From NCBI GenBank assembly GCA_042573485.1, contig JBHPCX010000006.1, positions 255-64,254 on the forward strand: 64,000 nucleotides of DNA. Reading direction: 5' to 3'. How positions within the stretch are numbered: position 1 is the first letter of the stretch; each line of letters begins with the position of its first letter. Shown here one piece after another: positions 28,157-37,297 of this stretch. This DNA is from Thermodesulfobacteriota bacterium. Its GTDB lineage: Bacteria; Desulfobacterota; DSM-4660; Desulfatiglandales; HGW-15. The notes under the pieces are model-generated. The model was not told the DNA's origin. It made no database searches and worked only from the letters and a program-made list of their open reading frames with translations. The position numbers and the translations under genes are program-made.

Positions 28157-28274
28157 GTAGGGTGGTGTTTTATACACCACCAGATTTAAAATACTGATTT
28201 ATTTGCCGACATAGGTCGGTCGGGAATATCCTCCTTCGTATAAGGCTGCGGCGGGATAAGAATCCCGACCCTAC
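28157..28274. repeat. REPIN-like doublet carrying a nested 32-bp insertion (28229-28260)
   Basis: Inverted homolog of 5840-5925; length 118 = 86 + 32. Confidence 0.8.
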
Positions 28275-28377
28275 TCTTGATAGCTGAAATTTTCAGCCTC
28301 GACTTTTTCTCCCGCTAACCTTTGGCAGTAACCATTGAACGATCTATGAATAAACCACATTAAGTGACACTGTAGAT

Positions 28378-30636
28378 TTATTTTTTCGCGTCAATTCCCA
28401 TTTCATCCAACAGGTAATCCGAGTTTTCAACTTTATCCAGAATCCAGAGAATATACCGTACATCCACATGTATGGCCCTGGTTAGATCGGGTAAAAACAC
28501 CAGGTCACTCGCGACTCCTTCGATGTTGCCGTCAAACGCTATTCCGGCAAACTCGCCTTTACTGTTTAATGTGGGGGAACCGGAATTCCCGCCCGTAATA
28601 TCCAGGTCTGTCAATAGATTTACCGGGACCTGGCCGATATCTTCAGGCACATATCCATCATACCGTTCTTCCTTTACAGCATCGATGATCGAATCCGGCG
28701 CGTCAAATGGATGTTCGCCATGATGTTTTTCCCATTTTTCAAACATTTCAGATATTTTTGTAAAGGGATAATACTTCTCTGCTTCCGGAGTCGGCTTGAA
28801 TCCACGCACGGTACCAAAAGAGATACGAATCGTGTTGTTCGCGTCAGGCGCTATATTACCGGATTTGAATTCATTCAGTGCTTCAAAATAAAGAGGCCGG
28901 AGCAGTACCAGCGCACCTGATAGACGTTTGCCGCGCTCTTTAATTTCTTCCAGTATGGGGCTGAGTTTCAGGGTGAGTCGTATTATACTGTCATCACTCT
29001 TCAGCAGGTCTTCCATGGAGGCATTTTTTAAAAGCTGTTTCCTTACTTCCACATCTTCCAGTTTGGATTTGCTGAATAAATCATTCAGGTAGTTTTCGAT
29101 TTTCACTTCAGAAATATCGCCTTTACCGAACATATGAGGCAGGATTTCAGGGCGTTTTTCTTCAGGGAACTTTATGCTTTCAGACAACAGCAGTTTCAGA
29201 ATGGATATATCCAGTTCCCGGGCGTATGATTGCTGCTTCTGTACCTGTTGTTGTTCCAGGCGCTGCCAGTTACGTTCCTGATAGTCGGGGTCACGTTCCA
29301 GGTCAGGTTTGGGCCTTTCTTCAGCCATTCGAACAATATCCACACCGGAACCCAGTAGTGAAATTCCGTCTATCAAGCGGGTCAAAAGATCCTTTTCCCG
29401 GGATTGATAGTATTCTTTAAACAGTACATTGATTTCATCAATTACGGAAATATATTTGATCTTCCGTTCGCTGTCTGAATTTATCCATTCCTGAAGCTTC
29501 TTTTCATCCTTGAATTTTCCTGTAACCATGTCCTTTTTCTTTGCACCGTCCAGAACACCGATATAATTTTTCTTTGTATTCTCGAGGCCGGCCAGCAGGC
29601 TTGCAGCCTTGATGTTTAAGGTTTCATCATCACCGGCGGCTTCATGTAAGGAGTCTATGAGCTTTTGATATAACCGGACGCGATAGGGCATGTTCCAGTC
29701 TACGTCAAACTCGGTTTCCAGGGCAGTTGTCAGGCGCTCGGTGCTGCCTGGATAACCTACAACAAAAGCAAGATCCCCCTGTTTAAAGCCATCTTGGGCG
29801 ATTTTTAAATATGCCTTTGGTTTGAATGGAACATTTTCTTCAGAATACTCAGCAGGTGTTCCATCCGGTGCAACATAGGCCCGCAGAAAAGAAAAGTCGC
29901 CTGTATGGCGTGGCCACATCCAGTTATCAATATCGCCTCCAAACTCGCCGATACCCCTGTGCGGTGAATATACAAGGCGAACGTCCTTAATCTCCAGGCG
30001 GGTAATGACATAGAATTCTCCCCCGCCGTAAAATGAAACCACATCACAGCGGGAATCCGGATTGGCCTCTTCAAATTCTTTAGTCAGTTCTTTTTTGCGC
30101 TGCTCGATGACTTTGTATCTTTCCAGATCATCCTCGATTTTCGCGATTCCTTCCAGCACGCGGTCAGTTACATCAGTGACGGCTGTTGTGACATAGATCC
30201 TGGCAGCCGGTCCCGCTGATACTTCTTCTTCCTGGTTTCCTGCCTTGAATCCTGTATGCAAAAGATTGCTGCCTTCCGATGAGTTGTATTGCAGGTATCC
30301 TCTTACACAATGGTAGTTAGTGATAGCAAGCCCTTCCGGTGAAACAAAAGAGGCTGAACATCCTCCCAGGTGCACGATCGCGTTCAGCGGGAACTCAAGC
30401 GGGTCCGCGAAAACCTGTGGGTCGATTTCCAGGCCCATCTCTTTCAGCGTTTCAGCATGGGTGGTCGCGATTTGCTGAGGCATCCACATTCCCCCTGGTT
30501 CATACACTAACTCATTATCAACCGGTTTAACCGAGTTCTCTTCCGGTTTTTCTACTGCAGTATTATTCTCCTGTGGCTGGCAGGAAAGCAGACAGATGAG
30601 CAATAGCGACAATACAAAAGTAATTATAGATTTCAT
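28378..30636 (-). CDS. S46 family dipeptidyl peptidase (DPP7-like), lipoprotein
   Basis: LLSC lipobox, GMWMP, GCSASFVS..GL.ITNYHC, DNWMWPRHTGDF, TGGNSGSP, FDGN. Confidence 0.92.
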   Translation of the reverse strand: MKSIITFVLSLLLICLLSCQPQENNTAVEKPEENSVKPVDNELVYEPGGMWMPQQIATTHAETLKEMGLEIDPQVFADPLEFPLNAIVHLGGCSASFVSPEGLAITNYHCVRGYLQYNSSEGSNLLHTGFKAGNQEEEVSAGPAARIYVTTAVTDVTDRVLEGIAKIEDDLERYKVIEQRKKELTKEFEEANPDSRCDVVSFYGGGEFYVITRLEIKDVRLVYSPHRGIGEFGGDIDNWMWPRHTGDFSFLRAYVAPDGTPAEYSEENVPFKPKAYLKIAQDGFKQGDLAFVVGYPGSTERLTTALETEFDVDWNMPYRVRLYQKLIDSLHEAAGDDETLNIKAASLLAGLENTKKNYIGVLDGAKKKDMVTGKFKDEKKLQEWINSDSERKIKYISVIDEINVLFKEYYQSREKDLLTRLIDGISLLGSGVDIVRMAEERPKPDLERDPDYQERNWQRLEQQQVQKQQSYARELDISILKLLLSESIKFPEEKRPEILPHMFGKGDISEVKIENYLNDLFSKSKLEDVEVRKQLLKNASMEDLLKSDDSIIRLTLKLSPILEEIKERGKRLSGALVLLRPLYFEALNEFKSGNIAPDANNTIRISFGTVRGFKPTPEAEKYYPFTKISEMFEKWEKHHGEHPFDAPDSIIDAVKEERYDGYVPEDIGQVPVNLLTDLDITGGNSGSPTLNSKGEFAGIAFDGNIEGVASDLVFLPDLTRAIHVDVRYILWILDKVENSDYLLDEMGIDAKK

Positions 30637-30838
30637 AAGACCTCCTTTGATTGGGATCAGAATTGGTAAGTTTTCATTTTGTGAGGATTATATTGAAAAC
30701 GTATGATATTGCTGCTGTAGATTGTTGTCAAGAACGGGGTACCTTTTCGTTGGTAGTTATCTGTGGCCATGGACGCTCATTAAAAGGAATGATGTGAAGG
30801 AGGAGTTATAGGGCAGTTCCTGTATAAAGTAGAAATAA

Positions 30839-30868
30839 AAGCGGGAAAGCCATACGGCTAACCCGCTT
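30839..30868. repeat. 30-bp direct repeat / terminator-like hairpin, second copy at 32131-32160
   Basis: AAGCGGGAAAGCCAT(A/T)CGGCTAACCCGCTT; 29 of 30 bases identical. Confidence 0.85.
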
Positions 30869-30977
30869 TTTTTAGAGACAGGAGATCCGGTATGACTTGA
30901 CCTGGCAGGAGGATGAGCTTATATTCGTCGCTTCATTAACCAGGGAAGATAGTTTTCAGGCAAAGGATAGATGAAAG

Positions 30978-31886
30978 GTGTCCAGGATATACATCAAACT
31001 CACACTCACCATGATATTCTGGGGAGGGACTTTTATTTCAGGCCGAATGCTGGCAGGCCATGTCTCTCCTTTTAGCGCCGCTTTTTTGCGCTTCGTAACA
31101 GCAGCCGCGATTTTGCTGATTGTCCTTTATCGACAAAACCGTGGCTTTCCGCATGTGCCAGGGCGTCTTTTCCTGCCGATTTTTTGCCTCAGTATTACGG
31201 GTGTATTCAGCTATAATATTTTATTTTTCTGGGGTCTGCAATCGGTTGATGCGAGTCGGGCATCAGTGATCATTGCCAATAATCCGATTTTCATCGCTGT
31301 GTTTGCAAGTCTTATTTTCCGGGAACGGTTGGGCTTGATCAAATCACTGGGAGTCCCAGTTTCAGTGATGGGTGCTGTTATTGCCATATCAAAAGGAGAC
31401 GTGGCAGGGCTGTTGGGAGGTGCTTTCGGCTGGGGCGATGTGATGATTTTTGGGTGCGTATTAAGCTGGGTGGCGTTTTCGTTAATTGGTAAGACAGTGA
31501 TCGCCCATATATCGCCATTGGCAGCCATTACCTATGCATCAACTGTGGGAGCGTTATTACTTCTCTTTCCAGCCATCATGGATGGCGTCTTTGAAAATAT
31601 TAACAGCTATACATTCCTCGACTGGGGCAATATCTTATTCCTCGGCATTTTTGGAACTGCGCTTGGATTTGTCTGGTACTACCAGGGCATCGAATATATA
31701 GGTGCTACCCGGGCAAGCCTCTTCATCAACCTGGTTCCCATAAGTGCCATCTTCATGGCGTTCCTTCTCCTCGGTGAACCCATAACTGTCTCGCTACTGG
31801 TCGGCACGGTCCTGGTCCTGTCCGGTGTTTACCTGACTAACTACGGACTTGTACACTTCTATAAACTCACAGGTGCCCTCAGGTAA
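30978..31886 (+). CDS. EamA/DMT family transporter
   Basis: IFWGGTF, FLRF, about 10 TM helices, FINLVP, LLGE. Confidence 0.9.
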   Translation: MSRIYIKLTLTMIFWGGTFISGRMLAGHVSPFSAAFLRFVTAAAILLIVLYRQNRGFPHVPGRLFLPIFCLSITGVFSYNILFFWGLQSVDASRASVIIANNPIFIAVFASLIFRERLGLIKSLGVPVSVMGAVIAISKGDVAGLLGGAFGWGDVMIFGCVLSWVAFSLIGKTVIAHISPLAAITYASTVGALLLLFPAIMDGVFENINSYTFLDWGNILFLGIFGTALGFVWYYQGIEYIGATRASLFINLVPISAIFMAFLLLGEPITVSLLVGTVLVLSGVYLTNYGLVHFYKLTGALR

Positions 31887-31928
31887 ACGGTGAAGGTTGT
31901 TTTCAATATTATGTAATTCACAAAGGAT

Positions 31929-32099
31929 AGTCATATGATTATGAGAGGCGCATCCCTTAAAGAAGTGCAGGATATCCCTGGTCATAAAACTATGATAATG
32001 ACTCTCCGATATGCCCATCTTTCCCAGGAAACCAAAAAGAAAGCAGTTAATCTCTTAAACGGATTAACTGCTCCTGTCAACATTCCAAATTGTAACTGA
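31929..32099 (+). pseudogene. C-terminal fragment of a tyrosine integrase
   Basis: SHMIMRGASLKEVQDIPGHKTMIMTLRYAHLSQE contains the box II GH...Y; points toward the tRNA-Pro 3' end. Confidence 0.85.
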
Positions 32100-32177
32100 A
32101 ATGGTCACAATTTTTTAAAACCCAAAAAATAAGCGGGAAAGCCATTCGGCTAACCCGCTTATTTTATTAGTTAAATT

Positions 32178-32254
32178 TGGTCGGGACGAGAAGATTTGAA
32201 CTTCCGGCCCCCTGAACCCCATTCAGGTGCGCTACCAGACTGCGCCACGTCCCG
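32178..32254 (-). tRNA. tRNA-Pro(GGG)
   Basis: CGGGACG/CGTCCCG acceptor stem, CCTGA-ATGGGGT-TCAGG anticodon arm, TTCAAAT T-loop, CCA. Confidence 0.97.
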
Positions 32255-32701
32255 ATAAAATGAGTCTTATATTAATTAGTACAGCGGTGTCAACTTATTT
32301 TCATTATCAAATTATCACTCCCAGACACAGCAGTCAGCTGCTTGTCGCGCCGAAGCCTCGGCGAAGGCGGATCAGCCTTCAGCCTTCAGCTAAACCGATA
32401 TTATAAGAACTTCACTGCTTGAGAACATTATATCCTCACAATTTACAGAAAACAGCTTTGAGCTAAAATAGGCAAACTTTTTATTTTCCTGTGATCAGGA
32501 TATTTGGGTTGTTATGAATGACTCTACCTATTTCATGAACTGTAAGTTTTTACCCAAATGTGCCCAAGGCAAAAATGGGTAAAAATTCCAATTAGTCATA
32601 TTTATTAAATACGCATGATAAACTATGCAGACATGAATATTTTAATGTGCACTTAGGTGCCAGCAATTATAAATTTGATGGTAAATCAAGCAGATATCCT
32701 G

Positions 32702-32717
32702 TGGCATGTGCATTGCA
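32702..32717 (+). promoter_or_regulatory. Sigma-54 promoter of the cyclase gene
   Basis: TGGCATGTGCATTGCA = TGGCAY-N5-TTGCA, 35 bp before ATG 32753. Inverted repeat TTTTTACCCA/TGGGTAAAAA at ~32547-32585 is a candidate enhancer. Confidence 0.75.
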
Positions 32718-32752
32718 CTATTATCTTTTCATCAACTTTAACAGGGACAGCA

Positions 32753-34606
32753 ATGAGTAAAGCAGACTGTATCAGTAACAGGAACATCCTGATTATAGCC
32801 AAGTATCTTTTAAGCAGGAAAGGCAGCTATGAATCATTGTTTCATAACCTGCCATACCCTCATGAAAGATTCGACACTCCTGAAAACTTTTTTATGAATG
32901 AGGATGAATGGACTACCTTTGATAATTTTCACAGGATAATCAGGCGGGCCAGGGACCTGTCAGGTGAGGAGCATTTCTTTTTCAAATGCGGATCTTCGCC
33001 GCAAATTCTCCGTTCATGGGGCAGGTTCGGCTACATGAAGCAATATTCGGCAGGCCCGGATGATGGCTATAAAAGACTGCCTTTTTTTAACAGTAATATT
33101 AATGATACCAAGGAAATAGATATAGTTCTTCCGCCTGCGTACGATAAATCCATTAAAAAAGTAAGAGTAATACTTAGAGTGAAATATCATGATGATATTG
33201 ATGTGGAAAAGGAATATATAGTCGATTCATACCGCAGAGGTATTATCTCATCAATTCCAACAGTATGGTCACTGCCCCCTGCCGATATCAAGCAGCCCCT
33301 GAATCCCTACGATCCAGTAAAACTATTTAATAATGATCCTGAATTTAAGGACTACAGGTTGGGTGCAAGGATGGAAAAGGATTTTTTTACAATATATGAT
33401 CAGTTTAATGACGTCAGGAAGACAGCCGGAAGAAGGGTGAAACTTGAGCCGGAAATTATAAACGGTAAAAAAATATTTATGGGGAAATATTCTGAAGCGG
33501 ACACCGGAATTGACGATAGATCTGATGCCATTGCTGTTCTTATGACTGAAACAGTAAAGATCAAAGATAGAATTCTCTTCAGAAAGGGAGAGATTTTTAA
33601 GGCTCCCTACTTTATTCTCAATGTTACCTATGTGAAATTTTCATGGTTCAGGCGAATCTTCAGCCTTTTTAAAAATATCGGGAGGAAAGCAGATCCTGAA
33701 AAACAGTTGATAGATACTATTAATGAGCTGCGAATTAACATAAAAGCAAGAAATAAGGCATATGAGGATTTGAAATCAGCACATGAGGAGCTTGCGGAAG
33801 CCAAGGAAAGGCTTGAAGAATACAGCATCAATCTGGAGCAGAAAGTTGATGAGAGGACAATAGAATTAAGAAAGGCACGGGAAGATTTGCTGCAGCTCAA
33901 CGGGGATCTTGAGAAGAAGTTAAAAAAACAGTTAAAAGAACTTAATAAATATAACAGCCTGAGACGATATCTGTCACCAAAGGTGGCTGAAAAAATATTG
34001 TCAAACGGAAACACAATTTGGGCTGCACCCAGAAGAAAAATGATGACTGTTATGTTCACAGATATCAGGAATTTTTCAACATTTACTGATATTCTTGAAC
34101 CTGAGGAACTATTCAATCTTCTCCATAATTATATTTCAGAAATGACCAGAATCGTATATGATTTTGACGGCACACTGAATAAAATAATCGGTGACGGGAT
34201 GCTTGTTTTTCTGGGTGATCCTGTCCCGATGGATGACCATGCAAAAAGGGCGGTATTGATGGGTCTGGAAATGCAGAAAAAAACAGATGAACTAAAAAAA
34301 GACTGGCAATATTTCGGCCATGATTTTGGTGTGGGTATCGGTATAAATACCGGTTATATGACTGTAGGGAATATCGGTTCTGACATGCAGCTAGATTACA
34401 CAGTAATAGGAAACCAGGTAAATGTTGCATCGAGACTCGAATCAAAGGCAAAAGCAGGGGAGATACTTGTAAGCCAGAGGACCTTCAGTAATGTAAGTAA
34501 TATTGTAGAAGCTGATGAGATCGGAGAAATCACTGTAAAGGGGATACATAATCCTGTCTTGACATATAATGTGCTGGGTTTAATAAATTCACGAAACTCT
34601 GTATAG
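32753..34606 (+). CDS. Class III adenylate cyclase with an unrecognised N-terminal domain and a coiled coil
   Basis: MFTDIRNFS, NKIIGDGML, GIGINTG, GNIGS..LDYTVIGNQVNVASRLE. The Lys and Asp specificity residues indicate ATP. Confidence 0.9.
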   Translation: MSKADCISNRNILIIAKYLLSRKGSYESLFHNLPYPHERFDTPENFFMNEDEWTTFDNFHRIIRRARDLSGEEHFFFKCGSSPQILRSWGRFGYMKQYSAGPDDGYKRLPFFNSNINDTKEIDIVLPPAYDKSIKKVRVILRVKYHDDIDVEKEYIVDSYRRGIISSIPTVWSLPPADIKQPLNPYDPVKLFNNDPEFKDYRLGARMEKDFFTIYDQFNDVRKTAGRRVKLEPEIINGKKIFMGKYSEADTGIDDRSDAIAVLMTETVKIKDRILFRKGEIFKAPYFILNVTYVKFSWFRRIFSLFKNIGRKADPEKQLIDTINELRINIKARNKAYEDLKSAHEELAEAKERLEEYSINLEQKVDERTIELRKAREDLLQLNGDLEKKLKKQLKELNKYNSLRRYLSPKVAEKILSNGNTIWAAPRRKMMTVMFTDIRNFSTFTDILEPEELFNLLHNYISEMTRIVYDFDGTLNKIIGDGMLVFLGDPVPMDDHAKRAVLMGLEMQKKTDELKKDWQYFGHDFGVGIGINTGYMTVGNIGSDMQLDYTVIGNQVNVASRLESKAKAGEILVSQRTFSNVSNIVEADEIGEITVKGIHNPVLTYNVLGLINSRNSV

Positions 34607-34761
34607 ATAACAAAAAAAGACCCAAAAATGCGCTATAATAACACTTCTTTTTTTCAAGATGTATTTCTTAATAATTCCCATGCAATATACTTGAATTTAT
34701 TGGCAAATTTTGATTGAATATCTTAATTTTTCATTTTCTATACAGGATAGGTACAAATAAC

Positions 34762-36201
34762 ATGGGCAGCGATATTACCTTTGATGTTGTCGGAAATACC
34801 AGCGCTTTTTCCATGATGGGTGAAAGCAGCGGTTACATGATAAACGTTAACGATCATGTATATCTGCTTGAATGCGGCTCCCCTGTATTTCCTTTTCTCG
34901 GGTATAAAGGCATTGCCGGAATTAAGGGTATTTTTGGTACCCATTCCCATGAAGATCATAAAAGATGGCTAACCGATATAATTCTATTCACATTTTATAA
35001 CCCCCTTCTCAAACATAAACTCAGAATAATATCTTCTGAACCGGTACTCGAGGAGTTCTCCAAGAATTCCAAGGGCGCGCTTGAGCGGTCTCTGTCAGTA
35101 GATTCAAAAACAATAGTAGATATTCCATATGACATGATGGTTGAAGAGCGTATAATCGGTCCCAGGGGAAGGTATTGTATAAAACTGAAGGATAATAAAG
35201 ACGGATCTTTTCAATACTGTGTGGAGGACAGGCAGGGCAACATTATCGGCCCTGAACGTGCAAAAATCTTCATTAACCCGAAAGCAAACCGGCCGCGGCT
35301 TCTTTTTAAGGATGAAGAAACAGGAGAATGGGTGGAACCGGAGAGTTACTATCCCTTCAGTTCGACATCCTTTTATGAAGAGGAAAGAAATGACTTTTAT
35401 GATGATGAAGCCGGGTTGACTGTAAGGGCCGTCAAATCATCAGTATGGCATGGACTGCCGACAATCGCCTTTAAATTCATGACTGAGGGGAACAGCATGT
35501 TTTTCAGCGCGGATACGGTATGGAAACCATCACTATGGAAAGAACTGTATGAGACATGCCGTCCTCAAAATTTTGAAGATATCAGCAGGGACGACTTTGA
35601 AGAGGCTTCTATTATTTATGGTAATATCAATAATTTTATTGAACGGACATGGAGCCGGGAAAGATATGAGAGGGCAATTTCAGCCTATGATGGCTCTGTT
35701 GTTATCCATGATATTGCCCGAAAAAACAGCATTGTTCATACTGATTATGCTGATATCGCAAACGCCCCCTTTGATAAGATGATTTACACCCATAACCCCG
35801 ATAACCTGATTTCCACAAGACCTGTTCTCAGCTCAGGGAAAAAGCTCGTGGTAAAAGACGGAGAGATGTATGAGTCGGTTAAAGGACAGCTTTACCCCTT
35901 TGATGCCGATGTCTATATCCGCCACTGGACAGCGGATCTTGTCGGGTATAAATCGGAAAATGGAGGCTACAGAGTTATTGAACGGGACGGACTTCTTGGA
36001 CTGGTTGAAAGCGATAGTTCTGAAGAGGGCTTGATGGATGTTGATTTGTATGAAGATGTTGGCGGAGAATATTTCCCGATAATAACCAACCCGGATAAAT
36101 ACTATAAAGTAAGGCCGGACGGAAGAGTAGAGAAAATTTCCATGAACCGTGATTCGACTTCCGGCAGGATTGTTGAAAGTGTGAGGGGTGCTATCAAGTA
36201 G
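34762..36201 (+). CDS. Enlarged MBL-fold metallohydrolase (RNase Z/Apyc1-like, putative cNMP phosphodiesterase)
   Basis: GNTSAFS, LLECG, THSHEDH (HxHxDH), WHG, FSADT, IHD...VHT. Confidence 0.7.
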   Translation: MGSDITFDVVGNTSAFSMMGESSGYMINVNDHVYLLECGSPVFPFLGYKGIAGIKGIFGTHSHEDHKRWLTDIILFTFYNPLLKHKLRIISSEPVLEEFSKNSKGALERSLSVDSKTIVDIPYDMMVEERIIGPRGRYCIKLKDNKDGSFQYCVEDRQGNIIGPERAKIFINPKANRPRLLFKDEETGEWVEPESYYPFSSTSFYEEERNDFYDDEAGLTVRAVKSSVWHGLPTIAFKFMTEGNSMFFSADTVWKPSLWKELYETCRPQNFEDISRDDFEEASIIYGNINNFIERTWSRERYERAISAYDGSVVIHDIARKNSIVHTDYADIANAPFDKMIYTHNPDNLISTRPVLSSGKKLVVKDGEMYESVKGQLYPFDADVYIRHWTADLVGYKSENGGYRVIERDGLLGLVESDSSEEGLMDVDLYEDVGGEYFPIITNPDKYYKVRPDGRVEKISMNRDSTSGRIVESVRGAIK

Positions 36202-36988
36202 AATAATATAATTCCGGTCTCCTGTCCTTAAACCTGTCATTGGAGGATGTGATTGATTTATCCCGGGCCCTTTTTACATCAATCTGAACAACTGATATTT
36301 CTTCTTTTCCCTTACTTAAACCCAGCAACCTTTCACCACCAGGGGAGAGCACCTGGCTTTCTCCAGTGAAAACAAGTTTCTCCTTGCCTCCTCTTGATTC
36401 AGAACCGATCCTGTTGGCAGTTGCAGTATAAACAGCATTTTCAAGAGACCTTGTGACCATAGCCCTCTGGCAGCCTTGGAGTACAAGGTTTGCCGGATGA
36501 CAAATAATATCAGTACCCTTGAGGGCAAGTGTCCTTGCCGCTTCAGGAAACCACCAGTCAAAACATATCATGATGCCTATTCTGGTTATCCCAATATCAT
36601 ATACTTTGAAGCCCGTGTCCCCGGGACTGAAAAATAATTTCTCCTCAAAAAAGAGATGGGCCTTCCTGTATTTCCCGATGAAACCCTCTGGCCCAATGAG
36701 TGCCGCTGAATTGAATAGTTTATCCTCGTCTTTTTCAGCAATACCAAAAACCAGGAATATTTTTTTTGATTTTGCGTATTCAATCAGTGTGCGGCAGGTT
36801 GGGCCTGCGGGAACTTCTTCAGCCAGTTCCATGGCCTCTTCACCTGATATAAACTGATAGCCTGTTGAAAATAATTCAGGCAGAACAACAAGATCTGCCT
36901 GGATTGTATCAATTTTATCTATCGCCTGCTCAAGGTTTTTTTCAACTTCACCGAATTCAGGGTTGTTCTGATAAATACCTATCCGCAT
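36194..36988 (-). CDS. Carbon-nitrogen hydrolase (nitrilase family)
   Basis: Glu-Lys-Cys triad in LPELF, YRKAHLF and ICFDWWFPE; ANRIG. Confidence 0.92.
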   Translation of the reverse strand: MRIGIYQNNPEFGEVEKNLEQAIDKIDTIQADLVVLPELFSTGYQFISGEEAMELAEEVPAGPTCRTLIEYAKSKKIFLVFGIAEKDEDKLFNSAALIGPEGFIGKYRKAHLFFEEKLFFSPGDTGFKVYDIGITRIGIMICFDWWFPEAARTLALKGTDIICHPANLVLQGCQRAMVTRSLENAVYTATANRIGSESRGGKEKLVFTGESQVLSPGGERLLGLSKGKEEISVVQIDVKRARDKSITSSNDRFKDRRPELYYST

Positions 36989-37297
36989 AATCCTGCCTCT
37001 TTAATTTAAAAATATTAGATAACATGTCAGTAGATCGTTTTTTCTCTCTGCAGAACATTATTAACTTGAGAAAAATGCCGTAATAGTCTAAACATTCCTG
37101 ACGCAGGTAATTTCAAACAAATATTATATCCTATGCTTTATTGCTGTCAAGTAATGATAGGCTGATATATTTTAGCTAAATTTAATTAAAATTATTTTTA
37201 AGCTTTTTCGACTGATGTTGGATCCTGTCCTTATCTCCGGAGGTAGTATCATTTAATAAGAGAAAATATTTATTGATTATACGAGAGATCTGAGAGT

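Noticed and set aside
32753-36201. Pycsar/CBASS anti-phage system
   Set aside because: The cyclase has canonical ATP-specifying residues and a sigma-54 promoter, and there is no adjacent cNMP-TIR or cNMP-TM effector.
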